NCBI GenBank assembly: GCA_973895155.1 | Contig: OZ316894.1 | Span: forward strand, 15,182,699-15,246,698 | Length of the DNA: 64,000 nucleotides | Source of the DNA: Marsupella aquatica | Taxonomy: Eukaryota > Plantae > Marchantiophyta | Reading direction: 5' to 3' | Part shown: piece after piece, positions 24,561 to 38,249 of the stretch | Position numbering within the stretch: position 1 is the first letter of the stretch | Layout: each line of letters starts with the position of its first letter | The notes under the pieces: model-generated | What the model was told of the DNA's origin: nothing | Databases searched by the model: none | What the model saw: only the letters and a program-made list of their open reading frames with translations | Program-made: the position numbers and the translations under genes

Positions 24561-24744
24561 AAATTTTGATTTATATTTTCACTTAAGGTACTATTGAACC
24601 ATTCCACAAGGAGTTGGGTGTTGGAGTCTAAGTGTTTAGGTAGTCAAGTTCTACAATTATCTCTGACAAACAATACAAGACATAAGTTATTGAGTGTGTT
24701 ATTCATGATTGATAATTGAAGGGGGAAAAGGTTCAATAAAACAT

Positions 24745-26950
24745 AATCACCTGACAGTCTATCTTGGCCACATATATGGGAACAAACATGACAACGTTAT
24801 GCGTACATATGCACTAGAATCTTTTGGATTCTTGATAAGCAACAATGACTTGAGACATGGGATAGTACTCACTATTGTGCAGAATTGTGATGACCCCATC
24901 GTCTGATAAAAAAGGGTGCATGGATTTGAAAAAAGATCTAGCCATAGAGTGATCTGGTGTGTTCCATTTTGGAACTTTCTTGTCAAGGATCGTCGGTTGG
25001 AACCCCGTTGGAAGGTAAATGAAGCCCTCATCGACTCCAAACAATCTTTCTTTTCCTCCCTCAACGATGCCATTTTCTTTGTATCCCTAAACCCTAAATC
25101 CTTCCACCACTTCTCGACATTATTCACCCAATCTGGCTTCTCCTATTTGTTAAAAATTGAGTCAAAGAATTCAAAGATGCTTGACTCAACCATACAATGC
25201 AGAGACATTGTACTCTTGAAGTTCCCAACTTCACATTGGAGACCATTGGCAGCAACACTCTCTCTTGAAGAAGGTCCACTTTCCACAACCCTCTTTCTCT
25301 TCTTTCTAGTATTTGTTGCATCTATGGGAACAATCAAGTTCCCTTTATTGACAGGAGTAATGGGGTCGGATCAAGCTCCCATATTTGCTTCAGAAACTTC
25401 AGGGGTAGCATCCACCTTAGCTTCTCCGGTTCCCGCAGTATTTGACTTCCTCCCTCCTAAAGCAAGAGTACAATGTCACACTCAAAAGATCATCTTCACA
25501 AGGTTTACAAAACACTAGCGCCAGGCGCTAACCAAATTAGGAGCCCCATATATCTTGCAACTGTAAGAGAATTGCAACAGACAAAAGACCACCAAGTAGG
25601 AGTTGCTTCAGAAGACATCCTATAATAGCGCCAAACACTGGCCAACTCAACAATAAAAATACTCACGTTTCCTCCCCTTAGTTGACTCGTTGGGTGCTGC
25701 CAACTCTGCTTTCCCTTTGCGGCTATGGTCAACGTGGACATTAGTGGTTTCATAGATGGTTTTTGATTCAGTGGCCGACTTTTAACATCGTCAAAAAGAC
25801 CCTCCTTCATGTCAGAAACAATTTTGGGCTTCAAAAGCTTATGGAATGCATCCTTTTTCCGTCTGATCAAAAGCTGAATCACATCTATCTGTATCAAAAG
25901 ACCATGGACAATGAGTTCTCTCCCATTCTGTCAAAGGTCTCAGTGGAAAAATTCCCTCCGCGGGGTACATTGAATACAAATCAGCCACAACATCATCCTT
26001 AGATATGATAGCCCACTTCATAAAAGCTGCGGGATATGCCCAAAAGTAATATGGTTTTGTTACTTCCATCTGGATGTAGAAGCGGTAGAGATACCTTTTT
26101 GTCTGCTTCTGATTCTTGAGAGTGTAGTCCTCTTTATTAGGATACTTTGATGGCCACATAGTGTGAAAAAACTTACTCTTCACTGCATCGCCATACTTTT
26201 TGAAATCGTTGTGACAACATCAACGAGATCATCAAAGGAATCACAGTTCCACTCTTGCAACTGACTCCCGAGAATGGTTTGTTGTACTTCTCAAAGAGAA
26301 TACTATAACATTCCAATAGCAATTCCCTCCACATTATTCCAAGTGATCCAAGTGTGACACCATTGTTTCACTGGGTTGACGCTAAAAGGATGGAAAAACT
26401 GCCTACAAAGCTTTGGATTACAATGTGCCACAAGGAATGTACTCCTCAACTTTGGATCAAGTGCAAAAACTGCAGTGAGCAATTGGGTGCGGTCCATTGT
26501 ACACAACACCATGTTGGGCTTCTTCTCTCTTTTGTTTCTCTCTGTGATAGCATACATTTCCGCACATGTACTCAAGAAATCTTCAAATTCTGGACTTAGC
26601 AAGGGTGTGATTTTTGAAGTCTTCATTGCCCACTCTTTGGTCGTATCCTTCATCATTAACGCATTTGGAAATCTCCTCCACTAACCAGGGACTCCCTTGG
26701 GCCGTGGCAGACTCCATGTCAAGCTTGAATTGGTGCGAATAAAACTTTATCTTATTCTCACATAAAATGTAAATAAGAGATTCCTGTGGCATCTTCTTCG
26801 TATACCATGACCCCTTCCGCATCTTAAGCCAAATGTTCTCAAACTTCTTGAAATTAGCAGGGTCAATCAGCTTACTATAATACTCCAGGTCATGAGTCAA
26901 AGTCCTTTTGATTCTATCCACATCTAGAATCCAGGAGGGTTTGGCCCAAG
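24745..26950 (-). pseudogene. Second, truncated copy of the ParB-MTase-like cargo gene (family 2)
   Basis: Collinear protein similarity to 8419-12322: SWILDVDRI/SWVLEAKRV, YYFWAYPAAF/FYWWSYPACF, LRPLTEWERTHCPW/LRRLSEWEILHCPW, GFIYLPTG..VPKWN/GFISLPTG..VPSWN. Confidence 0.8.
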
Positions 26951-29559
26951 GTGGATGGTGGTCTTGGACTGAAGGAATTTTGCAGCCATTCAAATGCATT
27001 ACTAAGCAAGTGGTTCAATGGAGCATTAGATCAGGAGGCTGTGGTCACAGATAAACTTACTACTGACAAAATGGCGTAACTTTAAGACTATGTAGAAGTC
27101 ACTACTCACTGCAAGATAAATTACTTTTGAGCACCCCTTGTTCCTTTGGTAAGCTCACCTATACTAGATAGACTTGGAGTGCATGGGAGCAGGTGAGGAG
27201 ACATTCAATTTTTTGCCTAAATACTAGTGCCATCCCGGGGCACTAGGGAGTGGAAGACTTGCTCCAATGTTTACACAGATTCTGTTTTCTTTCTGAAAGC
27301 ATGAAGGCATAAGTTGTTATGGTCTATGGCAGGTTAGGGATGAGGAAAGTCCATAACTTCTGGTCTGCACCCAACCTCAATGGAAGTGCCTCACCAACAA
27401 GATAGTGGTGGACCTTGCCACCAGTGCCCTCACCAATCCCAACACTCACGCCTAAGTGCCCTTGGTGCCCAAACGCCTCCACGGAATACCTCAAGCAAGT
27501 AACCTAGTGCCCCTTGCACCGCCAGTGGCCCCTCCCATACGAAGCCGCACTTGCTCTCTAACACGACCGCTACTAAACGGTCCTCCCTATCTGCACAAGC
27601 AACCAAACACCTCGGTAAGTAACCCTTTAGGATCTAGAACTCGCCAAGTCTAGCATCCTAACTCAAGCTCAACAGACGTTGGTAAATAGGTCAACGATAG
27701 GTCCTCCCGATGCCATAAGCCGGAACCAGAACCCACGCCCACTGTTCGCCCAGAACAGTTCCTTCCTTGGGCGCAGCCCGGGTTCCCCCTCGTACCTATC
27801 CATCACCAACTGACCGCCCTGACCTCAGGACATGCTCATGGCCCAAATAGCGTAGCTTGTCCTAAAGCTTGTCCCAAGCTTGTTCCAACACGCCGGGACC
27901 AGAACGGCCCCGACTCTAGCAACCGCTCCCGGTTTGCCCCACTGGTGGTCTAGGGGCCGAGCACATTTGGAACTCAGCCTCCGCACCTACTTGGCCTTTC
28001 CTCCCCAATGCAAGCTCCCTTGGGAGACTGAACGCGGCTTGGCTGCTGTTCGGCAGGATTTGGCAAGCGGGCGAGCTAACACCCGCAAACCACGAGAACC
28101 CACGGCACCCCCAGACCCAGATGAGATCAGGAAGACGTAGCCCTCCTCAAGAGCTTTCCAACGCACCCACGAAGTCCTCCAACGGACTTCCCATTGGGAA
28201 GATATCGCCAATTCTGTTTGGCGGTTTCCCTTAGTGTCGCGACCGCCGCGGCTCACGACTTCGGCTCGGCCTTAGCCCCCAGGGAGACACCACTCCCCTC
28301 ATATATGTTTCTGGAGACCTGCCACCCCCGGACCAGCTTTGGTCCCTAAACATTTGGACCCCAACCCGGATCCCATCGCGCATAAGGGGCGCGCCAAGAA
28401 CTGGCAACGCCCATAACTTTCTTGATAGGCATCCGCAAGCGGAGTGCCTTAGCCCGTTGTGACCGGGCCGACCCAGTGCTCATGCCTAGGCCGTCAGGTC
28501 TGATCGCCGGTCGGGGCCCCCGATCGGCCCAACCCGGATCGGGCCACAACTTGCGCCCCAAGCGTCCGTTGCCAATGGCGTCAACTCCATTGGCCTTGGG
28601 CCCAAGAGGAGCTCACTCCCAAGCCCTCAGAACTCAAATTCCATCCGAAGGTCCGGACAGCCATCCTTGAGCCCGGCCCATTTCCCCTTGACCTGACCAG
28701 CCATAGGCTAGTCCAAGTCCTTAGTGTGTGTTGGGGCTTGGCTCCTTTCCTCGCTAGTGCCACGTCTCATCGCCCACAAGTCTCCCCATGCTAAGTCCTC
28801 CCCGGATGGCCTATTCGGGCCTGGACCATAAGGGAGCTCGGCGTCGAAGTCAGCGACGCCGGAGCTAAGTGTTAAGGTAGTCGAGTTCCGCGACTAAGAT
28901 GCACAGGCTGCGTGGATTAACCAAGGCTAATAGGACCTATTGCTTGGCCTTTTTTGATGCAATTCAAAGAACTGTATATCATGGGAACAATCTGGATTCA
29001 TCTGCTAGGAAGTGGCGGAGTAAAGCTACATCATCAGTTATCAGTGTTTTTCATCAATCAACCTGATATCAGTCGGCACATCATCTCAGAGAAGCCGCCA
29101 AGTTGGGGTGCCAAAAAAAATTGCAAAAAAAAATGAATTTTTTTTCTCAAAATTTGATGGAGAAAAAAACTTTTAAAAAAAAAATTCACTATGGGTTTCG
29201 TACCATACGGATACCACATCTCGGCAAGACCCGTTGAGACAGACAGGTGTCCGTACGGTACGGTATGGTACGGTCACATAATTTTGTCGGAAGTTTTTCA
29301 GGTTTTTTTTTTAATTTTTCAAATATAAAGAAATTTTCCCATTTTTATTTGTCCTTACGCCGATCTTGGCGAGGTCAACTGAGATTGAGTCAATCTCAGC
29401 TGCCCCAGCTGAGATGCGCAAAAGTGCGAAGGCCCTATCTCAGTTGCTCAGTTGAGATTCAAAAGTTTCAAGGCGGCAAAACTGATAACTGATGATCCTC
29501 GCTACCCCCAACAGGCGCTGGAATGATGTGGATTCTTAGATTAAATCATTTGCCTTACC

Positions 29560-30513
29560 GAATCATAATCTACAATTTATTTGCGCACAAAGGGCACACA
29601 TTCTCCCAGACTCAACAGGATCTGGGATGTTTCCCTGTCTATTTCTGAATGGAGTGAGGGCTTGGCAGATACTGTGGATCTCTGACCTATCCTCCAGGGC
29701 TAAAACCTTTATATGGAGGATTATCGCTCAGGGTCTCTTTTCCGGATCAAGAGCATTTAGGATTGCAAAGTCTGATGGGCTATGTGTGCTAAGATGTGGA
29801 GTAGTGGAGACCATTCCACATATTTTCTTTCAATGCCGACATGCACTTAACTGCTGGAATGAGGTTAGTGGATGGCTCAATGGACAGCTTACAGGCCAGC
29901 CTGTGACTATTATTGGCCTTCTACTTCTTCTAAACGCTACGCGCTTTTTTGATATACAAGATTCTTCGTTGCCTTTGGCTAGCACGGAACGGCCAAACCT
30001 TTGACCTAGCCCTAAAGCATGTCTTCAATCCAATTTCAGCTTTTTGTGAGACTTTAGATCATTTGTCTGTTGTTGCTACTACATCAGGCTCTAGCCGGGA
30101 ACATACTTGATTGGTTGGGTGTTGTTTCTCTCTTGGAAGAAGAACGAGATAGGATTTTGAGAACTGGTGCTAGGCAGATAGAATCTTTATGACAAATCAG
30201 GACCTGATGCAGCGATACTTAGTTAGATTTAGAGGTCATATCTGAACTCTATCACCTGTCCTTGTTGATCTGCCTGAATGAGGTTGACAAGGCTAAAGAA
30301 TTGCACAATAGTGACCCTTGCTGATGACAGTTCTTGACTGAGTTGCGTGTCTTATCTGGTCTATTGACCTTGACTTACAACTCATTGAACTTGTCTTTCT
30401 CTTATGATCTTTATGATCTTTTTTGACCTCTTTGAGGAGCGTTGCTTTTTGGCCTGCTTGGTCCCCCATCTATGGGGCCCCGCAAAATAAATGAAATTAA
30501 AAATTAAAAAAAA
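29560..30513 (+). mobile_element. 5'-truncated L1-type LINE (zf-RVT region and A-rich tail)
   Basis: WQILW..RAKTFIWRI..CVLRCGVVETIPHIFFQC; A-rich end at ~30484-30513. Confidence 0.75.
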
Positions 30514-30799
30514 CCAGGAGGGTTTGACAATGGCTTGTCCTAGCCTACAGGAAGAAACACAGTTTATTAGGAAAAAACAAGGAGCAATCTACAAGTAGCG
30601 TTAGGCAATCTTAAAACTAAGACACAGAGATTTAAGAAGACAATGGAGATCAAAGACAACTTACTCGTTGATGGTGTGCATCGCCACTTCAATTTCAATC
30701 AGAGATCCCTTGTCTCCCTTAAATATTGTATAGAGCACACACAGGCGGTATTTTGGATTTTTGGGGGTTCTCCTTTGTGATTAGTGTCCATGAGTACAA

Positions 30800-31030
30800 T
30801 CGGTGATTTCCATCAAAATTTGAGAACATTTTATCCTTCTAAATGGCAAAATCTAGATTTGCCTCACATGTGGCCTCAAACTTCTTGTTCTCCAATTGCC
30901 ATATTGGATCCCAACTAACATAAATCTCCTGCATACAGATCAAAATCAATCCATCCTTGTCCGTTGGCTGAACATAAAACCTCATTCCTATGGATGAGTT
31001 GTAACCCATGCACGAAAAGAGTCTTTTAGC
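30800..31030 (-). pseudogene. Highly decayed Copia-like RT remnant
   Basis: Minus strand gives frameshifted MGYNSS..FYV..GLIL..LYAGDL, resembling the LYVDDL region. Confidence 0.3.
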
Positions 31031-31849
31031 TTTTCAATGGAAGAGTTGTCTTTCTACAGTGTGCGGACCACCTCCATGTGAATGAATCGACAGAGAGGAA
31101 TCCTAGGCGGCTCCTTGTCAAAACCACAAGAATTATTCCCAAAAGACATGACATTTTTGGAAATGAGACCAATCTCTGCTAGCGCACACTCTACAACATC
31201 TTGAATTGCAAATGTGTCAAGTTCTCCATCTTTCTGCGCAACGGCTTGGGAACTGAAACGCAACTAACAGAGATGGGAGGAAGCAACTTTGTAGACCTTT
31301 TTACACGATGTGTATACACTGAACCACTAAACAAAGTTGCAACAATTTGGAATGAGCCCAAGTGTCTTGATCTGCAACTACACTATACCCTTTGGTCGAA
31401 GATGGGAATACCTCCATTGACTTCATTGAAGAATTGTACAAACTGTTGTACATTGAAATTATGAAACTTGACTTCCTCTCAAAAGTACCGTATGTGTGTT
31501 ATATTCTAGAAGGAGTGGGATGTTCAGCAAAACATTTTGGTTAAAGTCTTGATTTAGTATGTTTGGCCAAACCCAATGTCTTTGATTGGAGAACTCATTT
31601 ATCTAAATCAAGAGGAAGTAGAGGCATAAGTAACACATGACTCATAAGTTACCGTTAAATATTACCATTATGATACCTTTGGTCCACTCGACAGGAATTT
31701 TAGCATTGGGCACTATTATAAAGTTGGACGTTATAGATGAAAAATTAAGATTGTCCTAAAGATAGTGCCAGGAGCGTAAAAATATGTTAAAGATAATTAC
31801 ATGTAATGGTTTTTTCAAGTAAATGAATTCACCTTAAACCTACCAATTA

Positions 31850-33960
31850 GGAGAATTTTATTGGTGTTTATGTCTTTCCTCTCAAAATGAGTTTCTATCA
31901 GTACTAGCACCATTTTGATCCCCCACAAAAAGCCCCACGGGAAGGCCGACAGACCAAACGCAACAGACCCCACCAAAGGACTGCCACATGGGCACCGCAA
32001 CACCCCCACCCACGGGTGGAGGGGAAAAGGAGAGCCAACCCCTAGTACGCCGCTCATCAATCCAGACTTTTGCCCTAAGTAGTTGTTGGGTGCATTTCCT
32101 ACCCAGGAGAGAACGATGACTAACCGCAGATAGACTCTTTGTTGCCTCAGTAAGAACCAGGCCCAGATCAAATGAGTGTCTACCATGCAACTGGAACATA
32201 TGTGTGTTTCTCCCCATCCATAATCTCCACAGAATTTGATGCAACACAAAAAGTTGTGCAACCTGCCTTGCATCTTTCCCACAAGCCTCCTCCAACAAGA
32301 CATTCAGTCCTTGTCCAAATGGCATACCCAGTCAATTGAGAAAATCCTGACAAATGCTCTAGCTTCCAATTGCACGTGTACACCTGAAAAAAATATGGGG
32401 AATAGTCTCCAATACCCCGCTGCAAAGTTTGCAATCTCCATTGCTTACATTGATTCTAAGCGCACGCTCCCCAGAGAAAAGACCCCACTGCAATATTTCT
32501 CCATATAAATGTCTTGCCTTTGACTCACAAATCAGACCTCCATAGCTTGGCCCAGCCCATGTTCCAAACCAGCTCCGGTTGGGAGAGAGACCAAATCCTT
32601 TTAAATTGCTCTTTGGTCTCAAAAAATCATATACCTGACAGTTCTCAATCTTGAAGTCCTTCAGCTTGACTCCCACACCCGCTCCCGCATTGTGACTCCA
32701 ATGCCCGCTCCAACGCCATTTCTTGGAATACAAGTAGTATTCAGAACAACAGTAATTTGTGCTCCACAGACGCTCCAAGAAAGTCCTGGCCAGCAGACAA
32801 TGCTCAGCCAAAACACCCAAAATGTTGTGCCATCTCAGAGGAAGGTCCATACCCAAAATGTTGTGCCATCTCAAAGGAAGGTCCATCCAGCAGCCGTCCT
32901 CCGCCAACCATCCGCCCCAACAGCCCTCATTCCCAGTCTGCCACAAATAGCAGCAATTGCAGTAATGGTCGAATTTGTCAGCCAATTGAAGCCCACTCCT
33001 TTGAGCTTCAGCCCCCCTAACTCCTTTGAGCTTGAAGCGTGGTGTTTGACAGGGCTGCCCTTTGTTGTTGCTGCTTTTTGTGATTTCCACAAAACCACTC
33101 ATGCATGGATTTTCTTGCTGCAAAGATGGAAAGAGGAAGATTAAATGGTCTGCAGATTACAAGGATTTCAAGATTTGCTATAGACTCTTTGCTGATGACG
33201 TGGGGATGTTTATCCCGGCTACAAAAATGGATTTTGAGGATACAAAAAGTGCCCTGGAATGCTATGAGACAGCCACTGGTGCAAAGTTGAATCTGGAGAA
33301 ATCAATGGTGATTCCTTTGGCTATGGAGATTGTGCCAGAGTGGCTGAGAAGTACAGGTTGCCTTATCAGAAGGAGAGGTGAGATTCAAAAGTATCTTGGT
33401 GCACCATTAGGGGAGGGGCTGCATACTAAGCAACTTCACCAATTCTGCCTTGACAAGATCAGCTCTAGGTTGTCTACATGGTCAAACAAGCTACTCTCTT
33501 TCACCGGCCATTCCCTGCTTGTGAAGCAAGTCTTGCTAGCTATTCCTATTTATCACGTAATGTACTGCAATGCCTCTATAGGATTAGCCAAGAAAGTAAT
33601 TGCTCTTAGTTAGCAGAGACTTTTTATGGGGTTATAATGAGGTTGGGGGAAAGAACATTCCTCTGGTGGCGTGGGACAGGATGGCACTTCCACGGGTGGA
33701 AGGTGGATTGGGATTCAGGGATTTTTGTAGTCACTCCAATGCTCTGCTTTCACAATGGTTCACTAAGGCACTCAACTCCCTGGATCTAGAATGGTCTCGG
33801 ATGCTGGCAACCAACTTATTGCTGATGGGCTGGATGAACTACAAGGGTATTAGAAAAAATGGTTCCTACTCCATACACCTCGTTCCTTTAGTGGTCTCCC
33901 CTACACAACCGGTTTGTGGAGGAGCTAGGAACTAGTTAGAGCTCACCTTTCCTTTGAACC
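31850..33960 (-). mobile_element. L1-type LINE with 5' inversion (3' part on minus, RT part on plus)
   Basis: Minus 32359-33090 has zf-RVT CKLCSGVLETIPHIFFRC; plus 33090-33960 has LFADD, LNLEKS, KYLGAPL, FLWG, VAWD..GGLG. Confidence 0.75.
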
Positions 33961-34199
33961 TGGACAAATGGGACCGCCAGCGTGGTGGGGCATCACTGAC
34001 ACTCTTAGAGGGCAATTAATGTTTTTGTGTTTGAGAAGCTCCCATACCCAGTCTCCTATTCTTGGTGTTCCTTTCATTATGGAGCTGTCAGTGGAGACCA
34101 TGGTCTTTGATGATGGTACACACATGGCTAAGGTGAAAAGCAAGGATGATTTAAGAAAGATTCAGTTGAATCCTACACTTTGACCTGGGAGTACAAGAG

Positions 34200-35090
34200 A
34201 TTGTTAGAATTGAGGACAGTTGAGGAACTCAAAACAAATCAAACCATGAAGGTTTTTGGTTAGACGTCCCACTAGAAGAAGCAAGCAAGCAAGATGCCAA
34301 GCCTTCAGTCTTGCCATGGGTGGAAACAAATTCATCATTTGTACAGGTGTGTGTAGAACTAGTAGAATGTGCTATGTTCAAAGTAGTACATGGTGTGGAG
34401 AGAAGATCTCAGAGAGAATTGGAAAAGCAAGAAAAGTATATGTTTGTGTTAGGAGTGTTGAAGGAAGATGAGAAGATAGATGGGGTGCTAGAAGAGAAAG
34501 GAATATCACCTTCTCTTAAGGAGATTATTGGAGACATCAAAGAAGAGAAAGGAGATGTAGAAGTGGATAGGAATGTGTATGCTTGGATTGAGAAATTTGC
34601 CCGAGTGCACACAAAGTATAAAATGGTGGACAAGAAGGTGCAACCAGCCGCAATTCCATTGGCACCTCAGGCCAAAACAATATTGAAAAGGGCAAAGGAG
34701 GAGTTGGATCTTAGGGATTGTACTAAGATTGAGCACACATTCACAAAGGAAACATTACTCAAGTTAAAGATTGGTGATCATGGGGCGCAATTGGAGGAGG
34801 AGCTCTCTAGGTCCATAGTTTCTTTGAGGACATAGTTGTCCTCTTCTGAGCAATCTCTTTTGGTTGCTCTTTTCTTTGATTGCATTGTACTTTACTTTTT
34901 GTGGCAGCTCCTTTGACTTTCATGGTCCCAGAGCTTATAATACATTACCATTACCATTACCATTACCAGCAAAAAGCATTCAAGAAGATGATAGTTTCAA
35001 CATGGGAAAGCATTTGCATTCTCCATTGAAAAGATTGGATGTGCTGATACTTGGGATCTTAAGCCAATTCCAGTCCCGAGGGAATTGATG
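34200..35090 (+). pseudogene. Decayed Ty3/gypsy pol fragment (protease-RT linker)
   Basis: VHTKYKMVDKKVQPAAIPL...LKIGD...HGKAFAFSIEKIGC; split by a LINE fragment. Confidence 0.55.
34802..34968 (+). mobile_element. Severely 5'-truncated copy of the RTE-like LINE at 56207-58471
   Basis: Near-identical to the reverse complement of 56207-56362; ends in (TTACCA)4. Confidence 0.92.
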
Positions 35091-35332
35091 CCTACGTTAG
35101 TAGAGTTGCAGAAGGAGAAGTTGGATGCAAAGATCCTAGAGACTTGATCAAATGCTCCATATTCAAACTGATAGTTCATTGTGAGGAAAAAGAATGGGAA
35201 GTTATGATTCATTCAAGACAATCAATCATGCAACCACCAAATAAGGTCACAATAATAAATATGGGCATAGAACCTGTAGTAGATGAGTTTGTAAAAAAAG
35301 TGCAACGAGAGCCATCTCTCTATAGGTGTTTT

Positions 35333-37800
35333 TGTTAGGAATTGACTCTCAGTTCCCAACTTCTAGTTAGTTTGGCCTTACTAGGGTTAGTTGGCCCTTA
35401 GTTAGTGTAGGATAAGATCTACTTATTTAGGCTCACACATCTTATATTAGTTCCCCTTGGGGGTATAGGTTGGAGGGAGAGCATTATCTCCCTCATTTTA
35501 CACATGTACTCTCATATGCTATGGATCCTTTAGGAATTTCTCCCCTTGGGGTATCTTGTCGGTGTAGCGTTTGATTGAGTGTATCTCTCATGTTCCACAT
35601 TGTTGTCTAGTTTGGAGTTGACGGTTTTTTACAAGTGGTATCAAAGCTTTGTGTTCAAGGTTCGGTGGCCTGGGCAGTGGTGAGAGCATTCGTGTGTTGG
35701 ATTGTGGTGAAAGATTGAATCATTGTCGACAATTGTGTGATCTTTTCATTGGTCATTTTGCGTTGATCATTCCGTGTTTGGAAGAGGTGACGGTTTCCTG
35801 ATTGAAACTTTGTTGAAGTATTAGAGGAGTTATTGTGTTTTTTCAAAGCGTACTATTGGCTGGACAATCCGGCGATTTATTGTGTGCATCGACGGGCACT
35901 TTGTCTCGATGAAAGTTTCACAATGTTTCATCCGACGAGTGAGGAGCAATTAATATTGTTTTATGTTTTGTTGTTAAGAGCATTAAACTCTTTGGCTATG
36001 GTGTTTATGTGTTCCACTTAATCTCTTGTGGGGCCTGTGGGGTCCCCTTTCTTTGTGCAAATATTGTGGTTTTTTGGTCGAAGTTGATATTTTTGATCCC
36101 CTTTCCTTTTGATTGCCGCACACAACTCTTTGCAGTGAGTCGGCTGGGACAAGGCAAACTAAGCGACAGTGGAGGTGCGCAGGTATGAGGGACACTTATT
36201 GCCCTGTATTTGTGACCAAGTACGAGGTACAAAGAGGGGCAAAGGGTGAGGGCCTGGCACGAGGCCCTATGTATCATTAGGTGGGGGCCCAATGTCTGTG
36301 CAGGTATGACTGTACCTATAGGTACAGTCATAAAGTGAGGGGAGGGGGAGTTCAAAGCTCCCTTCTCTCGGGAGCTTTAAAGGGGGCCCATTGCAGGTAT
36401 GACTGTACCTATAGGTACAGTCTTAAAGTGAGGGGAGGGGGAGTTCAAAGCTCCTTTCTCTCGGGAGCTTTAAAGGGGGCCCATTGCCCTATGCTGAAAG
36501 AGCGAGAAGGGGGGGGGGGCCTAGGCCAAAGCACATCAAGGAGTGAAAGGGGGAGAGAGCCTTAATTGCTCCCTCCTTTTGGGAGCACTTGATAACCTGG
36601 GCCCGAGGCCCTATGCTATGCAGGAGCAAGGAGGGGATTTAATGCTCCCTCTTTCCAAGAGCTTTAAAGGAGGGCTCAAAGCCCTATGACAAGCCAGGAG
36701 GGCTCAGAAGCACGTTAAGGAGGAGCTCAGGGGGCGCAAGGCCCTATGCAAAAGGAGCAAAGGGGGGAGACAATTTTGAGGCCCTAAGTTGGGTCCTTTT
36801 GGGTTGTAAGGGGCATTTAATTATGCTTGGGTCCCTTTGTACTTAAGCTATCGCAAGGGGGACTGATCAGGGTTTTTTTGTTGCAAGCAAAAAGGATAGT
36901 CGAATGTGTGTTGCCCTTAACCTTTTGGTTTTCCTTTTGTTTCTTCCTTTTTTCTTTTGCATTCTGGTGATTTCTTTTAAGCCAGACAGGTGTCAACACC
37001 TGGTGATTGCTGGAAAAGATACTTTTCTAGAGAGCTATTTTTTGGCCAAAAATTCCAAATTTGGCGGTCATCAAGACAGAATTTTTTTTGTGTGGCTTTG
37101 CAAGGGGATACTTAAGGGAGTTGAGCATGAGCTTGTGGAATTGATTTGCAGTTAACTATTGCGGAATTTTTTTGGGACCTAAGATACCCGACGGGTCAAA
37201 ACAGCCATTTTGGCCCCCCTTCAATCCGGGTCAAATAAGTTTTTGCTGAAGAAGGTTTTTGCCAAATCGTTTTCAGATTTTGGTAATGTACCTTGCAGGC
37301 TACACGGCAGTGCATTCCATTTCCACTTTTGCCATCTTTTATTTTTTGGTGATTTTTTGGGTGGAGGTATTTTGGTTCCTTGTGTGTTTGTGGTAGCATC
37401 CATGGCTTCCCGAAAGCTTGTGGCACCAAAGTTTGAGGTGGAGAAGTTTGACAGGAAGGTCAAATTCAACCTTTGGACTTGGAAGGTGATCAACGTGTTG
37501 ATTCAGTAGGGTCTTAAGACCATCACTGGAGTGAAGCCCTCAAATCTAACAGATGAGGAGTGAGATGACATGTCAGTGCAAGCGTGTAGCACAATTGAGT
37601 TTTTCTTGGCAAACAACATTCTCAAGAACGTGTTGGGGATGGGCCATAACGCTAAGAAAATATGGGATATGCTTACTCAGCTATACCAGAGTACTTTGTT
37701 GACTACTTGTATTTACCATTTGGAGCAGCTGTTCAGGTTGAGGTTGAAGGATGGTGGAAACATGCGTGATCACCTCAGTCTCTTCAAGAGGTACACAACT
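35333..37800 (+). mobile_element. Truncated Copia (Tork/Tnt1-like): 5' LTR 35333-35633, Met PBS, long leader, decayed gag
   Basis: TGTTAGG...TTACA followed by TGGTATCAAAGC (35636-35647); gag KFEVEKFD..FNLW..VLIQ, AKKIWDMLTQLYQ, LFRLRLKDGGNMRDHL. Confidence 0.75.
36299..36484. repeat. 93-bp tandem duplication containing a long palindrome and a hairpin
   Basis: TATGACTGTACCTATAGGTACAGTCATA (36305-36332) is a perfect palindrome; AAAGCTCCC-N7-GGGAGCTTT hairpin. Confidence 0.9.
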
Positions 37801-38249
37801 TCATCAATTATCAATGACTTTCATTAGTCACTGATATCTGTCCGCACACAAAAGTCAACGACACCGCCAACATGGACTTAATTCACACTTGCAGTCAAAC
37901 CCTATGTCGACACCCACTCTGACATTATTTTGGGTTGTGTAGTTTGGACAATTAGTAATGTAGGCTGCCTCTCTGACTTCTCATGGGGACCATCTTGGCG
38001 CCCTCTCTGAGATATCCTTGGGGTGTTGTTCCATCTTGGCTGAGCTTGCCAAGATGAAAACATAATGAGCAACGTGTACAACATAGCATACCAAATAGGA
38101 GCCACATTTAGAACATTTGGACGACACAATTTTATTAAGCTTTGTACAGTTACAACGATGTTGTCTATCTTAATTTTCTCAACTAAATTCCACTAGGCTG
38201 CGTCTCCATCTTCCATCCTCTCTGCAAGCCAATCGTCTAGCAGACTAGG

